Of a DNA stretch of 64,000 bases, positions 28,806-39,101 are shown in pieces (position 1 is the stretch's first letter; the number at the start of each line of letters is the position of its first letter). The stretch covers positions 11,210 to 75,209 of the forward strand of contig JANNXX010000041.1 in the NCBI GenBank assembly GCA_031409795.1, in the 5' to 3' direction. The stretch comes from Rhodobacterales bacterium. GTDB lineage: Bacteria > Pseudomonadota > Alphaproteobacteria > Rhodobacterales > Rhodobacteraceae. The notes under the pieces are model-generated. The model saw only the letters and a program-made list of their open reading frames with translations. It made no database searches and was not told where the DNA came from. The translations under genes were made by a program, and so were the position numbers.

Positions 28806-29780
28806 CTACAGGGTCAGGATCGTCTGGCCCGTGGTGGCACGCGCCTCCAGCGCGCGATGGGCCTCGGCGACGTGCTCCAAGGGGAACCGCTGGTCAATGC
28901 GAATCTTTACCTTGCCCGAGGTGACCATGTCGAAGAGGTCGCGGGCCATGGACTGGCAGGTTTCATGGTCGGCAATGTGCGAGAAAAGCGTTTGCCGCGT
29001 CAGCTTGAGCGACCCCCTGGCCGCAAGGATGCCGATGTCGAAGGGGGGCACCTTGCCGCTGGCATTGCCGAAAGAGATCATCATCCCGAAGGGCTTCAGG
29101 CAATTCAGCGAGCCGTCGAACGTGTCCTTGCCAACGGCGTCCATCACCACGTCAACGCCGCGGCCAGCGGTAAGATCCTTGACGCGGGCCACGAAATCCT
29201 CGGCGCGGTAGTTGATCGCGTGGGCGGCGCCATGGTCAAGCGCAAGGCGGCATTTCTCGTCTGACCCGGCGGTGGCGATCAGCGTGATCCCTTCCGCCCT
29301 TGCCCACTGGCAGGCGATCAGCCCCACACCCCCCGCAGCCGCATGGAAAAGGACCGTGTCGCCAGCCTTGATCGGGGTGGTCCGACGGAAAAGGTACTGC
29401 ACCGTCATGCCTTTCAGCATCATCGCAGCCGCTTCGTCGAAGCCGATGGCATCGGGCAGCGGGCAGACCTGGAAAGCCGGCATCACCCGCGCTTCGGCAT
29501 AGGCGCCGGGCGGTTGCGCGGCATAGGCCACGCGGTCGCCCGGACTTACATGGGTCACGCCCTCGCCCACCGCCTCGACCACGCCCGAGGCCTCCATCCC
29601 CAAGGCTGCGGGCAGTTGCATCGGATACAGGCCCGACCGCTGGTAGGTGTCGATGAAGTTCAGCCCGCAGGCCCTGTGCGCCACGCGCAGCTGCCCCGGC
29701 CCGGGGTCGCCGACCGGGCGGTCCACAAGCTGCAGCACCTCCGGTCCGCCGGTGGTTTCGATGATGACGGTGCGTGCCAT
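28806..29780 (-). CDS. qor: NADPH:quinone oxidoreductase (zeta-crystallin family)
   Basis: GLNFIDTYQRSGLY, LGMEASG, HAAAGGVG, GKDTF, TTGQTIL. Confidence 0.92.
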   Translation of the reverse strand: MARTVIIETTGGPEVLQLVDRPVGDPGPGQLRVAHRACGLNFIDTYQRSGLYPMQLPAALGMEASGVVEAVGEGVTHVSPGDRVAYAAQPPGAYAEARVMPAFQVCPLPDAIGFDEAAAMMLKGMTVQYLFRRTTPIKAGDTVLFHAAAGGVGLIACQWARAEGITLIATAGSDEKCRLALDHGAAHAINYRAEDFVARVKDLTAGRGVDVVMDAVGKDTFDGSLNCLKPFGMMISFGNASGKVPPFDIGILAARGSLKLTRQTLFSHIADHETCQSMARDLFDMVTSGKVKIRIDQRFPLEHVAEAHRALEARATTGQTILTL

Positions 29781-29900
29781 GGCTTTCTCCCTGGTTTGCC
29801 CCACCTTAGTGCGCGCCGCCCGATTGGCCAGCCCGCCGAAATCGCCGCTTTGCACCTGCGCGGCGCTTGGATATGACGGCACGGGCGAACGGGGGCGACG

Positions 29901-31166
29901 ATGGACCATTTTCTCTACCGCAACGGCACCCTGCATGCCGAGGATGTGGCGATCGCCGACATCGCCGCTGCGGTCGGCACGCCGTTCTACGTCTATTCCA
30001 CCGCCACCCTGACCCGGCACTACCGGCTTTTCACCGAGGCGCTCAGCCCGCTGCCGCATCTGGTGTGCTTTGCGATCAAGTCGCTGTCCAATGTCGCGGT
30101 CCTGAAGACGCTGGGCAATCTTGGTGCCGGGATGGATGTGGTCTCGGCCGGGGAATACCTGCGCGCGAAAGCCGCCGGGGTGCCGGGCGACAGGATCGTC
30201 TTTTCCGGCGTCGGCAAGACCCGCGCCGAGATGCGGCTGGCGCTGACCGGGGGCATCCGGCAGTTCAACGTGGAGTCCGAGCCCGAGCTGCGGGCGCTGT
30301 CCGAAGTGGCGGTCAGCCTTGGCGTGACCGCCCCGATCACCATCCGTGTCAATCCGGACGTGGATGCCAGGACCCACGAAAAGATCGTGACCGGCAAGAA
30401 GGAAAACAAGTTCGGCATCCCGATCGCCCGCGCCTCCGAGGTCTATGCCGAAGCAGCATCCCTGCCCGGCCTTCAGGTCATCGGGATCGATGTCCACATC
30501 GGCAGCCAGCTGACCGATCTGGCCCCGTTCGAGGAAGCCTATCTGAAGATCGCCGACCTGACCCGCCGCCTGCGGTCGGAAGGCCACACGATCACCCGGC
30601 TGGATCTGGGCGGGGGACTGGGCATTCCCTATACCCGATCGAACGATGCCCCGCCCTTGCCTACCGACTATGGCGCGCTGATCAAGCGGACGGTCGGCGA
30701 TCTTGGCTGCGAGATCGAGATCGAGCCTGGCCGCCTGATTTCCGGCAATGCCGGGCTGCTGGTGGCTTCGGTCATCTATGTCAAGAACGGCGAGGGGCGG
30801 GATTTCCTGATCCTCGACGCCGCGATGAACGACCTGGTCCGCCCGTCGATGTATGGCGCGCACCATGACATCCTGCCGGTGGTGGAACCCCCCGTCGCCG
30901 CCCCGACGCAGGAGTTCGACGTCGTCGGCCCGGTCTGCGAGACCGGCGACACCTTTGCCAAGGGCCGCGATCTGCCGCTGGTGGCCGAGGGCGATCTGGT
31001 CGCATTCCGCAGCGCGGGCGCCTATGGCGCGGTCATGGCCTCGGAATACAACACAAGGCCGCTGGTGCCGGAGGTGCTCGTCCATGGGGATCACTTCGCC
31101 GTCATTCGGGAAAGACCGACCTTTGACGAAATGCTGAACCGCGATACCATTCCCCCATGGCTGTGA
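29901..31166 (+). CDS. lysA: Diaminopimelate decarboxylase
   Basis: FAIKS (PLP Lys), HIGSQ, DLGGG, EPGR, GPVCETGD, AGAYG. Confidence 0.97.
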   Translation: MDHFLYRNGTLHAEDVAIADIAAAVGTPFYVYSTATLTRHYRLFTEALSPLPHLVCFAIKSLSNVAVLKTLGNLGAGMDVVSAGEYLRAKAAGVPGDRIVFSGVGKTRAEMRLALTGGIRQFNVESEPELRALSEVAVSLGVTAPITIRVNPDVDARTHEKIVTGKKENKFGIPIARASEVYAEAASLPGLQVIGIDVHIGSQLTDLAPFEEAYLKIADLTRRLRSEGHTITRLDLGGGLGIPYTRSNDAPPLPTDYGALIKRTVGDLGCEIEIEPGRLISGNAGLLVASVIYVKNGEGRDFLILDAAMNDLVRPSMYGAHHDILPVVEPPVAAPTQEFDVVGPVCETGDTFAKGRDLPLVAEGDLVAFRSAGAYGAVMASEYNTRPLVPEVLVHGDHFAVIRERPTFDEMLNRDTIPPWL

Positions 31167-31193
31167 CGCGTCGTCCGGTCCCTGGCAGGTAAG

Positions 31194-33794
31194 ATGACCG
31201 GAACATCCGAAGGGCTTCCGCTTAAAACGCTCGTCTGGCCGATGCGGCTGACGCTGGTGGGGCTTTGGGCCGAACGACTGGCGCGTGCGTTCTGGCCGCT
31301 GTGGTCGCTGATCCTGCTGGTGCTTGCCGCGCTGGCCTTCGGATTGCAGGACCTGGGACCGCTGGTCTGGGCGCAGGCCGCCGGAGTGGTCGCGGGGCTT
31401 GCGGCGCTGGGGCTTCTGGTGCTGGGCTACCGGCGGTTCCGCAAACCCACGCTGGCAGACGCGCTGGACCGGCTGGATGCAGCGCTGCCCGGCCGCCCGA
31501 TTGCCGCCCTGCGCGATACCCAGGCGCTGGGCACCGCCGATCCGGCCTCGCTGGCGGTCTGGCGCGCGCATCAGGAGCGGATGGCCGCTCGGGCCGCACA
31601 GGCCCAGCCGGTGTCGCCGAACCTGCGCCTGTCGTCGCGCGACCCCTTCAGCCTGCGCTATGTCGCCCTTACCGCCTTTGTCATGGCGATGATCTTCGGG
31701 TCGTTCTGGCGGGTGGCTTCGGTCTCGGGCCTGGCGCCCGGCACGGCAGAGGCGATGCCGGGAGGTCCAAGCTGGGAAGGCTGGGCGCAGCCGCCCGCCT
31801 ATACCGGCAAGCCCACGCTGTACCTCAACGATCTTGCCGAAGGCGGGCTGGACCTGCCGACCGGCACGCGCCTGCAGATCCGCATCTACGGCCCCGATGG
31901 CAGCCTGACCGTCGCGCAGACCGTGGCCGACCTGCCGCCGGTTGCGACACCCTCCGCTGATCCTTCGGCAGCACCGGGGGCCACACCCGCCGCCGCGGTT
32001 CCTGACGCCATGCCGGGGGTCTACGATCTGACCGTCACCCGGTCGGGCCGGCTGGCGATCGAGGGGCGCGGCGGGCGGGAATGGGACATTGCCGCGACGC
32101 CCGACACCGGCCCGACCATCGAGGTCAGCGGCGAGATGGAGCGTGAAGCAGACGGCCGTTTCAAGCAGGGCTTCGCGGCGACCGACGACTATGGCGTCGT
32201 GGCCGGGCGGGTCACGATCACGCTGGACCTTGCCGCGATCGACCGCCGCCATGGCCTGTCTGTTGACGCCGAGCCGATGGAACCGGTGGTCCTTGACCTG
32301 CCGCTGCCGCTTTCGGGCGACCGGACCGAGGTCACCGAAACCCTGGTCGACGATCTGTCGAAGCATGTCTTCGCCAACCTGCCGGTCACCATGGTCTTTG
32401 CCGCTGTCGATGCCGCCGGGCAAGAGGCCAGTTCAGCGCCCTACGCCGTGACCCTGCACGGCAAGCGGTTCTTCGATCCGCTGGCCGCCGCGCTGATCGA
32501 GATGCGCCGCGACCTTTTGTGGAACCGCGTCAACGCTCCGCGCGCTGTCGAGCTTTTGAAAGCCATGACCCATGCGCCGGAAGGCTTCATCCGGCACGAC
32601 CGGGCATTCCTCTATCTGCGCGTGCTGATCCGCGCGCTTGAGGCGAAGAAGGCCAGCCTGACGGTGGAAGAGCGTGACGCCCTTGCCGAAGAGCTGTGGA
32701 CCATCGCGCTGATGGTCGAGGAAGGAAACCTGCAATCCGCGCTTGACCGGCTGCAGCGCGCGCAGGACCGGCTGGACGAGGCGATCAAGAATGGCGCCTC
32801 GCCCGGGGAAATCGACCAGCTGATGAAGGAAATGCAGCAGGCGCTGAACGACTACATGCGCGAACTGGCCGAAGAAGCGCAGCGCAACCCGGACGAACAG
32901 CAGCAAGGCCAGATGCAGGGCCAGATGATGTCGGGCGACCAGCTGCAAGAGATGCTGGACGAATTGCAGCGCCTGATGGAGGAAGGCAAGACCGCCGAAG
33001 CGGCCGAACTGATGGAACAGTTGCGCCAACTGATGGAAAACATGCAGGTCGTGCAGGGCCAGGGCCAGGGACAAGGCCAGGGCAGCCCCGGCCAGCAAGG
33101 CATGCGCGACCTTGGTGACGCCCTGCGCGACCAGCAGGACCTGTCCGACGACGCCTACCGCGACCTGCAGCAGGGCGGGCCGCAGCCGGGGGAAGAGCTT
33201 GGTGAAAACGGTGAACAACCGGGGCAGGACCAGCCGGGGCAGGGGCAGGATGGCTTGGGCGAGGGCGAAACGGGCGAAGGCGAAGGCGGTCAGGATCAGG
33301 GCAACCTGAGCGACCGCCAGCGCGGCTTGCGCGAGCGGCTGGACGACCTGCAACAGGGCGATCTGCCGGGCGACGGCACCGAAGAGGGCGAAGCGGGCCG
33401 CCGCAGCCTCGACCGGGCCGGCCGCGCGATGGAAGAGGCCGAAGAGGCGCTGCGCGAGGGCGATCTTGACGGCGCGCTGGACCGCCAGGCCGAGGCGATG
33501 GAAGCGATGCGCGACGGTTTGCAGGACTTTGGCGAGGCTTTGGCCGAGGAACAGCGCGAGAATCGCGACGGGCAGGACGGCGAACGCTTTGGCAGCGCCG
33601 ACCCGAACGGCCGCGATCCGCTTGGCCGCGAGCCAGGGGATTCCGCACGGATCGGGTCGGATCAGAACATGGTCCAGAACGACCCGAACAAGCGCGCGCA
33701 AGAGCTTCTGGACGAGATCCGCCGCCGGTCCGGCGACCTGGCCCGCCCGCTGGAGGAACTGGATTACCTCAAGCGCCTGTTGCAGCTTTTTTGA
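31194..33794 (+). CDS. TIGR02302 / DUF4175-family membrane protein
   Basis: ERLARAFWP, DPFSLR, WAQPPAYTGKP, DDYGV, FFDPLAAALIEMRR; Gln/Gly-rich coiled-coil C-terminus; ELDYLKRLL end; follows lysA. Confidence 0.9.
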   Translation: MTGTSEGLPLKTLVWPMRLTLVGLWAERLARAFWPLWSLILLVLAALAFGLQDLGPLVWAQAAGVVAGLAALGLLVLGYRRFRKPTLADALDRLDAALPGRPIAALRDTQALGTADPASLAVWRAHQERMAARAAQAQPVSPNLRLSSRDPFSLRYVALTAFVMAMIFGSFWRVASVSGLAPGTAEAMPGGPSWEGWAQPPAYTGKPTLYLNDLAEGGLDLPTGTRLQIRIYGPDGSLTVAQTVADLPPVATPSADPSAAPGATPAAAVPDAMPGVYDLTVTRSGRLAIEGRGGREWDIAATPDTGPTIEVSGEMEREADGRFKQGFAATDDYGVVAGRVTITLDLAAIDRRHGLSVDAEPMEPVVLDLPLPLSGDRTEVTETLVDDLSKHVFANLPVTMVFAAVDAAGQEASSAPYAVTLHGKRFFDPLAAALIEMRRDLLWNRVNAPRAVELLKAMTHAPEGFIRHDRAFLYLRVLIRALEAKKASLTVEERDALAEELWTIALMVEEGNLQSALDRLQRAQDRLDEAIKNGASPGEIDQLMKEMQQALNDYMRELAEEAQRNPDEQQQGQMQGQMMSGDQLQEMLDELQRLMEEGKTAEAAELMEQLRQLMENMQVVQGQGQGQGQGSPGQQGMRDLGDALRDQQDLSDDAYRDLQQGGPQPGEELGENGEQPGQDQPGQGQDGLGEGETGEGEGGQDQGNLSDRQRGLRERLDDLQQGDLPGDGTEEGEAGRRSLDRAGRAMEEAEEALREGDLDGALDRQAEAMEAMRDGLQDFGEALAEEQRENRDGQDGERFGSADPNGRDPLGREPGDSARIGSDQNMVQNDPNKRAQELLDEIRRRSGDLARPLEELDYLKRLLQLF

Positions 33795-33869
33795 TCCGGG
33801 CCCACGATTTTTCTGCGAAAGATCGCGACCTTGTCTGCCAGCCGGATCCGCGCGACAGTCGGGGTGACC

Positions 33870-34592
33870 ATGGAATCTGTCGCTGGACCCCGCCTGATCG
33901 CGCTTGATGCCGCCCGAACGCTGGCCCTGCTGGCGATGGTGGCCTTCCATTTCACCTTCGACCTGGCGCTTTTCGGCCATATCCCGGTCGAGACGCTGTA
34001 TCAGCCGTTCTGGCACTATTTTCCGCGCATGATCGCCGGCAGTTTCCTGTTCCTTGCGGGCCTTGGCCTTTGGCTGGCGCATGGGCTGGGCATCCGCTGG
34101 CCCGGCTTTTGGCGCAGGTTTGTCAAGGTCGGGGCAGCGGCGCTTCTGGTGACGCTGGCCAGCTTGTGGTTCGTGCCGGGCGGGCCGATCTGGTTCGGTA
34201 TCCTGCATGCCATCGCCGCCACCAGCCTTCTGGGCCTGCTGGTCCTGCGCCTGCCCTGGCCGGTCACCCTTGCCCTGGCCGCATTGATCCTTGCCGCCGC
34301 CTGGGGCCCGCGCATCCCGGCCTTCGACCCGTTGTGGCTGGTCTGGACCGGGCTGGCCGAGACACGCCCGCCGATGGGCGACTATGTTCCGCTGATCCCC
34401 TGGGCTGCCCCCGCGCTGGCCGGGGTCGCCTTTGGCAAGGCGCTGGGGGTGGACCGTTGGCCGACCGCCTTGCCCTCGGGCCTTGTCCGGGCGCTGACGT
34501 TCCCCGGCCGACACAGCCTGGTGATCTACCTGATCCACCAGCCGATCCTGATCGGGCTTTTCAAGCTGCATCTTCGGGCCACCGCTGGCTGA
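33870..34592 (+). CDS. DUF1624 / HGSNAT-like membrane protein
   Basis: RLIALDAART..MVAFH, FGILHAI, DYVPLIPW, GRHSLVIYLIHQP. Confidence 0.85.
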   Translation: MESVAGPRLIALDAARTLALLAMVAFHFTFDLALFGHIPVETLYQPFWHYFPRMIAGSFLFLAGLGLWLAHGLGIRWPGFWRRFVKVGAAALLVTLASLWFVPGGPIWFGILHAIAATSLLGLLVLRLPWPVTLALAALILAAAWGPRIPAFDPLWLVWTGLAETRPPMGDYVPLIPWAAPALAGVAFGKALGVDRWPTALPSGLVRALTFPGRHSLVIYLIHQPILIGLFKLHLRATAG

Positions 34593-34657
34593 GCGCGCTT
34601 CCCCTTCGCCGCCCTTTGCGCTACTCCGGGGCCGCACCGCACCCGGGAACCCGCACG

Positions 34658-37075
34658 ATGAAGTTCACCCTCGCCTGGCTGAAAGATCACCTCGACACCG
34701 AAGCCACCGTCGACGCCCTTGCCGAGGCGCTGACCGACCTTGGGCTGGAAGTGGAGGGGATCGAGGATCCCGCCGCGCAGCTGGGTGCCTTCCGCATCTG
34801 CCGGGTGACCCTGGCCGTGCCGCATCCCAACGCCGACCGCCTGCGCGTCTGCCGGGTGGAGACCTGGCCGGACGGTCCCGGCGGCCGGACAGAGGAGGTG
34901 CAGGTCGTCTGCGGCGCACCGAATGCCGCGACCGGTCTGGTCGGCGTCTTCGCCCCGCCCGGCACGCATGTTCCGGGAACGGGCGTGGACCTGAAACCCG
35001 GCGTGATCCGGGGGGTTGAGTCCAACGGGATGCTGTGTTCGGAACGTGAGCTGATGCTTTCGGACGCGCATGACGGCATCATCGAGCTGCCCGCCGATGC
35101 GCCCCTTGGTGCCCGCTACATCGACTGGCGCGGCGCCAATGATCCGGTGGTCGAGATCAAGGTCACCCCGAACCGCCCCGATGCGCTTGGCATCCACGGC
35201 ATCGCCCGCGACCTTGCCGCGCGAGGTCTTGGCACGCTGAAGCCGGTCACGGCCGTGCCAGTACCGGGCCGCTTCCCGTCACCCATCGGTGTGCGGATCG
35301 ACCCCGCGCTCAAGTCCAAGGGCTGCCCCCATTTCACCGGCCGCCTGATCCGTGGAGTGACAAACGGCCCCTCGCCCGACTGGCTGGCCGCGCGGTTGAA
35401 GGCCATCGGCCTGCGCCCGATCTCGGCGCTGGTTGACATCACCAATTACTTCACCGTCGGGCTGAACCGCCCCCTGCACGTTTTCGACGCCGCCAAGGTC
35501 AAGGGCGACCTGCGCATCCACCCGGCAGAAGGGGGCGAGACGCTGCGGGCGCTGGATGGCAAGACCTATACGCTGGGTGCGGGCCAGATGGTGATTTCCG
35601 ACGACCACGGCCCGGAATCGCTGGCCGGGATCATGGGTGGCGAAGCGTCGGGCTGCATGCCGGACACCGTGGATGTCTTCCTCGAAAGCGCCTTCTGGGA
35701 CCCGATCACCATCGCCGCCACCGGCCGCGCGCTGAAGATCAACTCGGACGCCCGCTACCGCTTTGAACGCGGCGTGGACCCGGCCTTCACCCTGCCGGGG
35801 CTGGAGCTGGCCACGCAGATGATCCTTGACCTCTGCGGGGGCGAGGCCAGCAAGGTCGTGCAGGACGGTGCCCCCCCGGACACCACCCGCCACTATCAGC
35901 TGAACCCCGCCCGCGTGGTCAGCCTGGTCGGGATGGAAATCCCCGAAGCCACCCAGCGCGCCACGCTGGAGGCTTTGGGCTTCACACTTGACGGCAATAC
36001 CGTGACCCCGCCGACCTGGAGGCCTGACATCCTTGGCGATGCCGACCTGGTCGAGGAAGTTGCCCGGATCGCCAGCCTGACCCGGCTCAAGGGCGCGCCT
36101 ATGGCCGGGCAGCTGCCCGGCGTGCCGAAGCCGATCCTGACGCCTCTGCAGGTCCGCGAACGCAGCACGCGGCGGACGCTGGCAGCGCTTGGCTACAACG
36201 AATGCGTGACCTACAGCTTCATCGACACGAAGGCTGCGGCCCTGTTCGGCGGCGGGTCGGATGCGGTGAAGGTCGAGAACCCGATCTCCTCCGAGATGTC
36301 GCACCTTCGGCCTGACCTGCTGCCCGGCCTTCTGGCGGCAGCGGCGCGCAACCAGGCGCGCGGCTTCATGGACCTGTCGCTGTTCGAGATCGGCCCCGCC
36401 TTCCACGGCGGCGAGCCGGGCGATCAGCACCTTCAGGCCGCAGGGCTTCTGGTTGGTGCGGCCGCCCAGCGCGACCCGCACGGCTCTCGCCGCATGGTCG
36501 ATGTCTTCGACGCCAAGGCCGATGCCGAAACGGTGCTGGCCACGCTTGGCGCGCCGGCCCGGGTGCAGATCACCCGCAAGCTGGCCGCATGGTGGCATCC
36601 TGGACGGTCGGGCGTGATCGGGCTTGGGCCGACGGTGATGGCCATCTTCGGCGAGGTGCATCCCCGTATCCTGCAGGCGATGGATGTGAAAGGCCCGGCG
36701 GTGGCCTTCACCGTGCTGATCGCCAACATCCCCGCGCCCAAGGTCAAGACCCCCACCCGCCCGGCGCTTCTGATCAGCGACCTGCAGGCGGTGGACCGCG
36801 ACTTTGCCTTCGTGGTGGACGCCAAGGTCGAGACCCTGACCGCCGTCAACGCCGCCCTTGGCGCGGACAAGGCGCTGATCGACAGCGTGCGGGTCTTCGA
36901 CCAGTTCACCGGCGACAAGGCCGAAGCGCAGATGGGGCCGGGCCGCAAGTCCATCGCCCTGACCGTGCGCCTGCAGCCCACGACCGCGACCCTGACCGAG
37001 GCGGAGATCGAGACGGTGTCGGCGAAGATCGTCGAGAAGGTGGCAAAAGCCACCGGCGGTGTCCTGCGCGCCTGA
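34658..37075 (+). CDS. pheT: Phenylalanine--tRNA ligase beta subunit
   Basis: MKFTLAWL, HPNADRL, VVCGAPN, SNGMLCS, TPNRPD, RFERGVDP, RDFAF anticodon-binding domain. Confidence 0.97.
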   Translation: MKFTLAWLKDHLDTEATVDALAEALTDLGLEVEGIEDPAAQLGAFRICRVTLAVPHPNADRLRVCRVETWPDGPGGRTEEVQVVCGAPNAATGLVGVFAPPGTHVPGTGVDLKPGVIRGVESNGMLCSERELMLSDAHDGIIELPADAPLGARYIDWRGANDPVVEIKVTPNRPDALGIHGIARDLAARGLGTLKPVTAVPVPGRFPSPIGVRIDPALKSKGCPHFTGRLIRGVTNGPSPDWLAARLKAIGLRPISALVDITNYFTVGLNRPLHVFDAAKVKGDLRIHPAEGGETLRALDGKTYTLGAGQMVISDDHGPESLAGIMGGEASGCMPDTVDVFLESAFWDPITIAATGRALKINSDARYRFERGVDPAFTLPGLELATQMILDLCGGEASKVVQDGAPPDTTRHYQLNPARVVSLVGMEIPEATQRATLEALGFTLDGNTVTPPTWRPDILGDADLVEEVARIASLTRLKGAPMAGQLPGVPKPILTPLQVRERSTRRTLAALGYNECVTYSFIDTKAAALFGGGSDAVKVENPISSEMSHLRPDLLPGLLAAAARNQARGFMDLSLFEIGPAFHGGEPGDQHLQAAGLLVGAAAQRDPHGSRRMVDVFDAKADAETVLATLGAPARVQITRKLAAWWHPGRSGVIGLGPTVMAIFGEVHPRILQAMDVKGPAVAFTVLIANIPAPKVKTPTRPALLISDLQAVDRDFAFVVDAKVETLTAVNAALGADKALIDSVRVFDQFTGDKAEAQMGPGRKSIALTVRLQPTTATLTEAEIETVSAKIVEKVAKATGGVLRA

Positions 37076-37120
37076 GCCAGACCGTCAGGCGACGGGCGAT
37101 CCTTACAGGCGTTCGTCCTT

Positions 37121-37168
37121 TGCCTGAAGTTCGGGCGCATCGCGCGGTCCGTGCCTGAAGATCGTGCA
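37121..37168. promoter_or_regulatory. Putative tandem NtrC-type enhancer sites
   Basis: Direct repeat TGCCTGAAG(T/A)TCG at 37121 and 37152 (31 bp apart); the second copy reads TGCCT-N7-GTGCA. Confidence 0.45.
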
Positions 37169-37195
37169 GTTTCCATGCTATCCGGCGTCCTAGTC

Positions 37196-37211
37196 TGGTG
37201 CTTTCCTTGCA
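37196..37211 (+). promoter_or_regulatory. Putative sigma54 (-24/-12) promoter of nasTS
   Basis: TGGTGC-TTTCC-TTGCA with exact GG-N10-GC spacing. Confidence 0.6.
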
Positions 37212-37240
37212 GGAACCGGCCCGGAGTGGTCTCGGGGCCC

Positions 37241-37825
37241 ATGACCAAGCGCCTGTCCATCATCGTGGTCGAGAACGAGCCCGGCCGTGCAAGGACCATC
37301 GTGGACGGCCTGCGCGAAGCGGGCGATCATGACGTGCTGGTGATCGCCGACGAGATCGGCCTTGCGCGACGGATCGCCGAGCGCAATCCGGATCTGGTGC
37401 TGATCGACGCCGGCAACCCCTCACGCGATGCGATCGAAGAGCTGACGCTGGCCAGCGCGCCGCTTCAACGCCCGGTCGCCATGTTTGTCGATGAAAGCGA
37501 TGGCGCGCTGACAAGGACGGCGATCGAGGCCGGGGTCTCGGCCTATGTCGTCGCGGGGCTGGCGTCCAACCGCATCCGGCCGGTCCTTGATGCCGCCTTC
37601 GCGCGGTTCCACATGATGCAGAAGATGCGGGCGGAACTGGCCGAGACCCGCCGCGCGCTGGACGAGCGCAAGATGATCGACCGGGCGAAAAGCATCCTGA
37701 TGCGCGCCAAGGGCATCGGCGAGGACGAGGCCTATGCGCTTATGCGCAAGGCCGCCATGGACCAAAGCCGCAAGCTGGCCGACGTGGCGCAGGCGCTGGT
37801 GACGGCGGCGGAGCTTCTGAAATGA
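37241..37825 (+). CDS. nasT: ANTAR-domain antiterminator NasT
   Basis: Pseudo-receiver domain plus ANTAR (ERKMIDRAKSILM...EDEAYALMRKAAM). Confidence 0.92.
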   Translation: MTKRLSIIVVENEPGRARTIVDGLREAGDHDVLVIADEIGLARRIAERNPDLVLIDAGNPSRDAIEELTLASAPLQRPVAMFVDESDGALTRTAIEAGVSAYVVAGLASNRIRPVLDAAFARFHMMQKMRAELAETRRALDERKMIDRAKSILMRAKGIGEDEAYALMRKAAMDQSRKLADVAQALVTAAELLK

Positions 37826-38988
37826 TGCTGCCGCTGCGTCTGGGCTTTCTGCCGCTGGTCGATGCCGCACCCCTGATTGTCGCCAAGGCCATGGGTTTTG
37901 CCGAGGAAGAGGGTCTGGCTCTTGACCTGATCGCCGCGCCAGGCTGGTCCGCCCTGCGTGACCTTCTGGCGCAGGGGGCCGTGACGGCGGCGCATATGCT
38001 GGCTCCGGTCCCCGTGGCACAGGCGCTGGGCCTGGGCGGCACGGCGCGGTTCGACGTGCTGTCGGTGTTGAACCTGAACGGAAACGCAATCGGCGTGTCA
38101 ATGGCACTGGCCGCGCGCATGCAGGGGCATGACTTCGCGCTGACCGATCCCTGGGTCGCTGGCCGCGCCCTGCTTGCAGCCCGGTCCGACCGGCTGCGGA
38201 TCGGCGTGCCCTTCACCTTTTCCATGCATGCCGAACTGGTGCGCTACTGGCTGGAATGCCTTGCGGATCCCTTGCCCCCTTCGGTCGAGATCGTGACGGT
38301 GCCCCCGGCCCTGATGCCCGAAGCGCTTGCGCTGGGCGAAATCGATGCCTTCTGTGTCGGCGAGCCGCGCGGCTCGGTCGCGGTGGACCGGGGCGCCGGT
38401 GTCCTGCTGCTGCCGACCAGCGCGATCTGGGCGGCGGCGCCGGAAAAGGTGCTGGCGGCGCGCAAGGGCTGGGCCGAGGCCGAACCGGATGCCGCAGGCC
38501 GCCTGATCCGGGCGATCTGGCGGGCAGGTCACTGGCTGGATCAGGGTCAGAACCTGTCGGTCGCCTCGGAGATCCTGTCGAAACCCGCGCATCTTGATCT
38601 GGCACCCGAGATCATCGAGCGCAGCCTGTCCGGGCGGCTGGTGATCTCGGCGGACGGGCAAGAGCGCACCCTTCCCGGCTTCCTGCGCTTTCACGATGGG
38701 GCGGCCGGATTTCCGTGGCGCAGCCAGGCGGCGTGGATCGGAACGCGCCTGGCCGCGCGGCACGGGCTTGACCCGGCGACGGCCGGTCGCCTGGCGGGGG
38801 CGGTGTTCCGCAGCGACCTGTACCGGCTGCATCTTGGTCCGGCCGGAGCCGACATGCCCGCCGCCAGTGCCAAGGTCGAAGGGTCGCTTGCGCTGCCGAC
38901 GCCGGTCGCTTCGTCGCGGGGAAAGCTGATCCTGCCCCCGGACCGCTTTTTCGATGCCCGGATCTTCGACCCTGACCTGCCCGGGTGA
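37822..38988 (+). CDS. nasS: Nitrate sensor NasS (NrtA/CmpA-like, no signal peptide)
   Basis: LGFLPLVDAAPLIVA, AAHML, FSMHAE, FCVGEP, FPWRSQAAW; ATGA-coupled to nasT. Confidence 0.88.
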   Translation: MMLPLRLGFLPLVDAAPLIVAKAMGFAEEEGLALDLIAAPGWSALRDLLAQGAVTAAHMLAPVPVAQALGLGGTARFDVLSVLNLNGNAIGVSMALAARMQGHDFALTDPWVAGRALLAARSDRLRIGVPFTFSMHAELVRYWLECLADPLPPSVEIVTVPPALMPEALALGEIDAFCVGEPRGSVAVDRGAGVLLLPTSAIWAAAPEKVLAARKGWAEAEPDAAGRLIRAIWRAGHWLDQGQNLSVASEILSKPAHLDLAPEIIERSLSGRLVISADGQERTLPGFLRFHDGAAGFPWRSQAAWIGTRLAARHGLDPATAGRLAGAVFRSDLYRLHLGPAGADMPAASAKVEGSLALPTPVASSRGKLILPPDRFFDARIFDPDLPG

Positions 38989-39101
38989 TGAAAAACTGGG
39001 CGCTGCGGTGCAGCGAAGTGAAAATTCCCACTTTTCGCTAGCCTGTCCTGTTCGCGGCAGTTGACGCCGCGCCGCGGCATGACACTCTTGGCTCACGCGC
39101 C

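Noticed and set aside
28806-32423. 1205-aa minus-strand ORF
   Set aside because: Only the last 324 aa (qor, from 29780) are real; the rest is the shadow of lysA and TIGR02302
33052-33085. QGQGQGQGQG microrepeat in TIGR02302
   Set aside because: Low-complexity Gln/Gly linkers are typical of this family
38997-39012. Possible sigma54 promoter (TGGGCG-N5-GTGCA) upstream of the ANTAR leader
   Set aside because: Poor match at both elements; a TTGACG sigma70-like -35 at 39061 or read-through from nasTS is equally plausible
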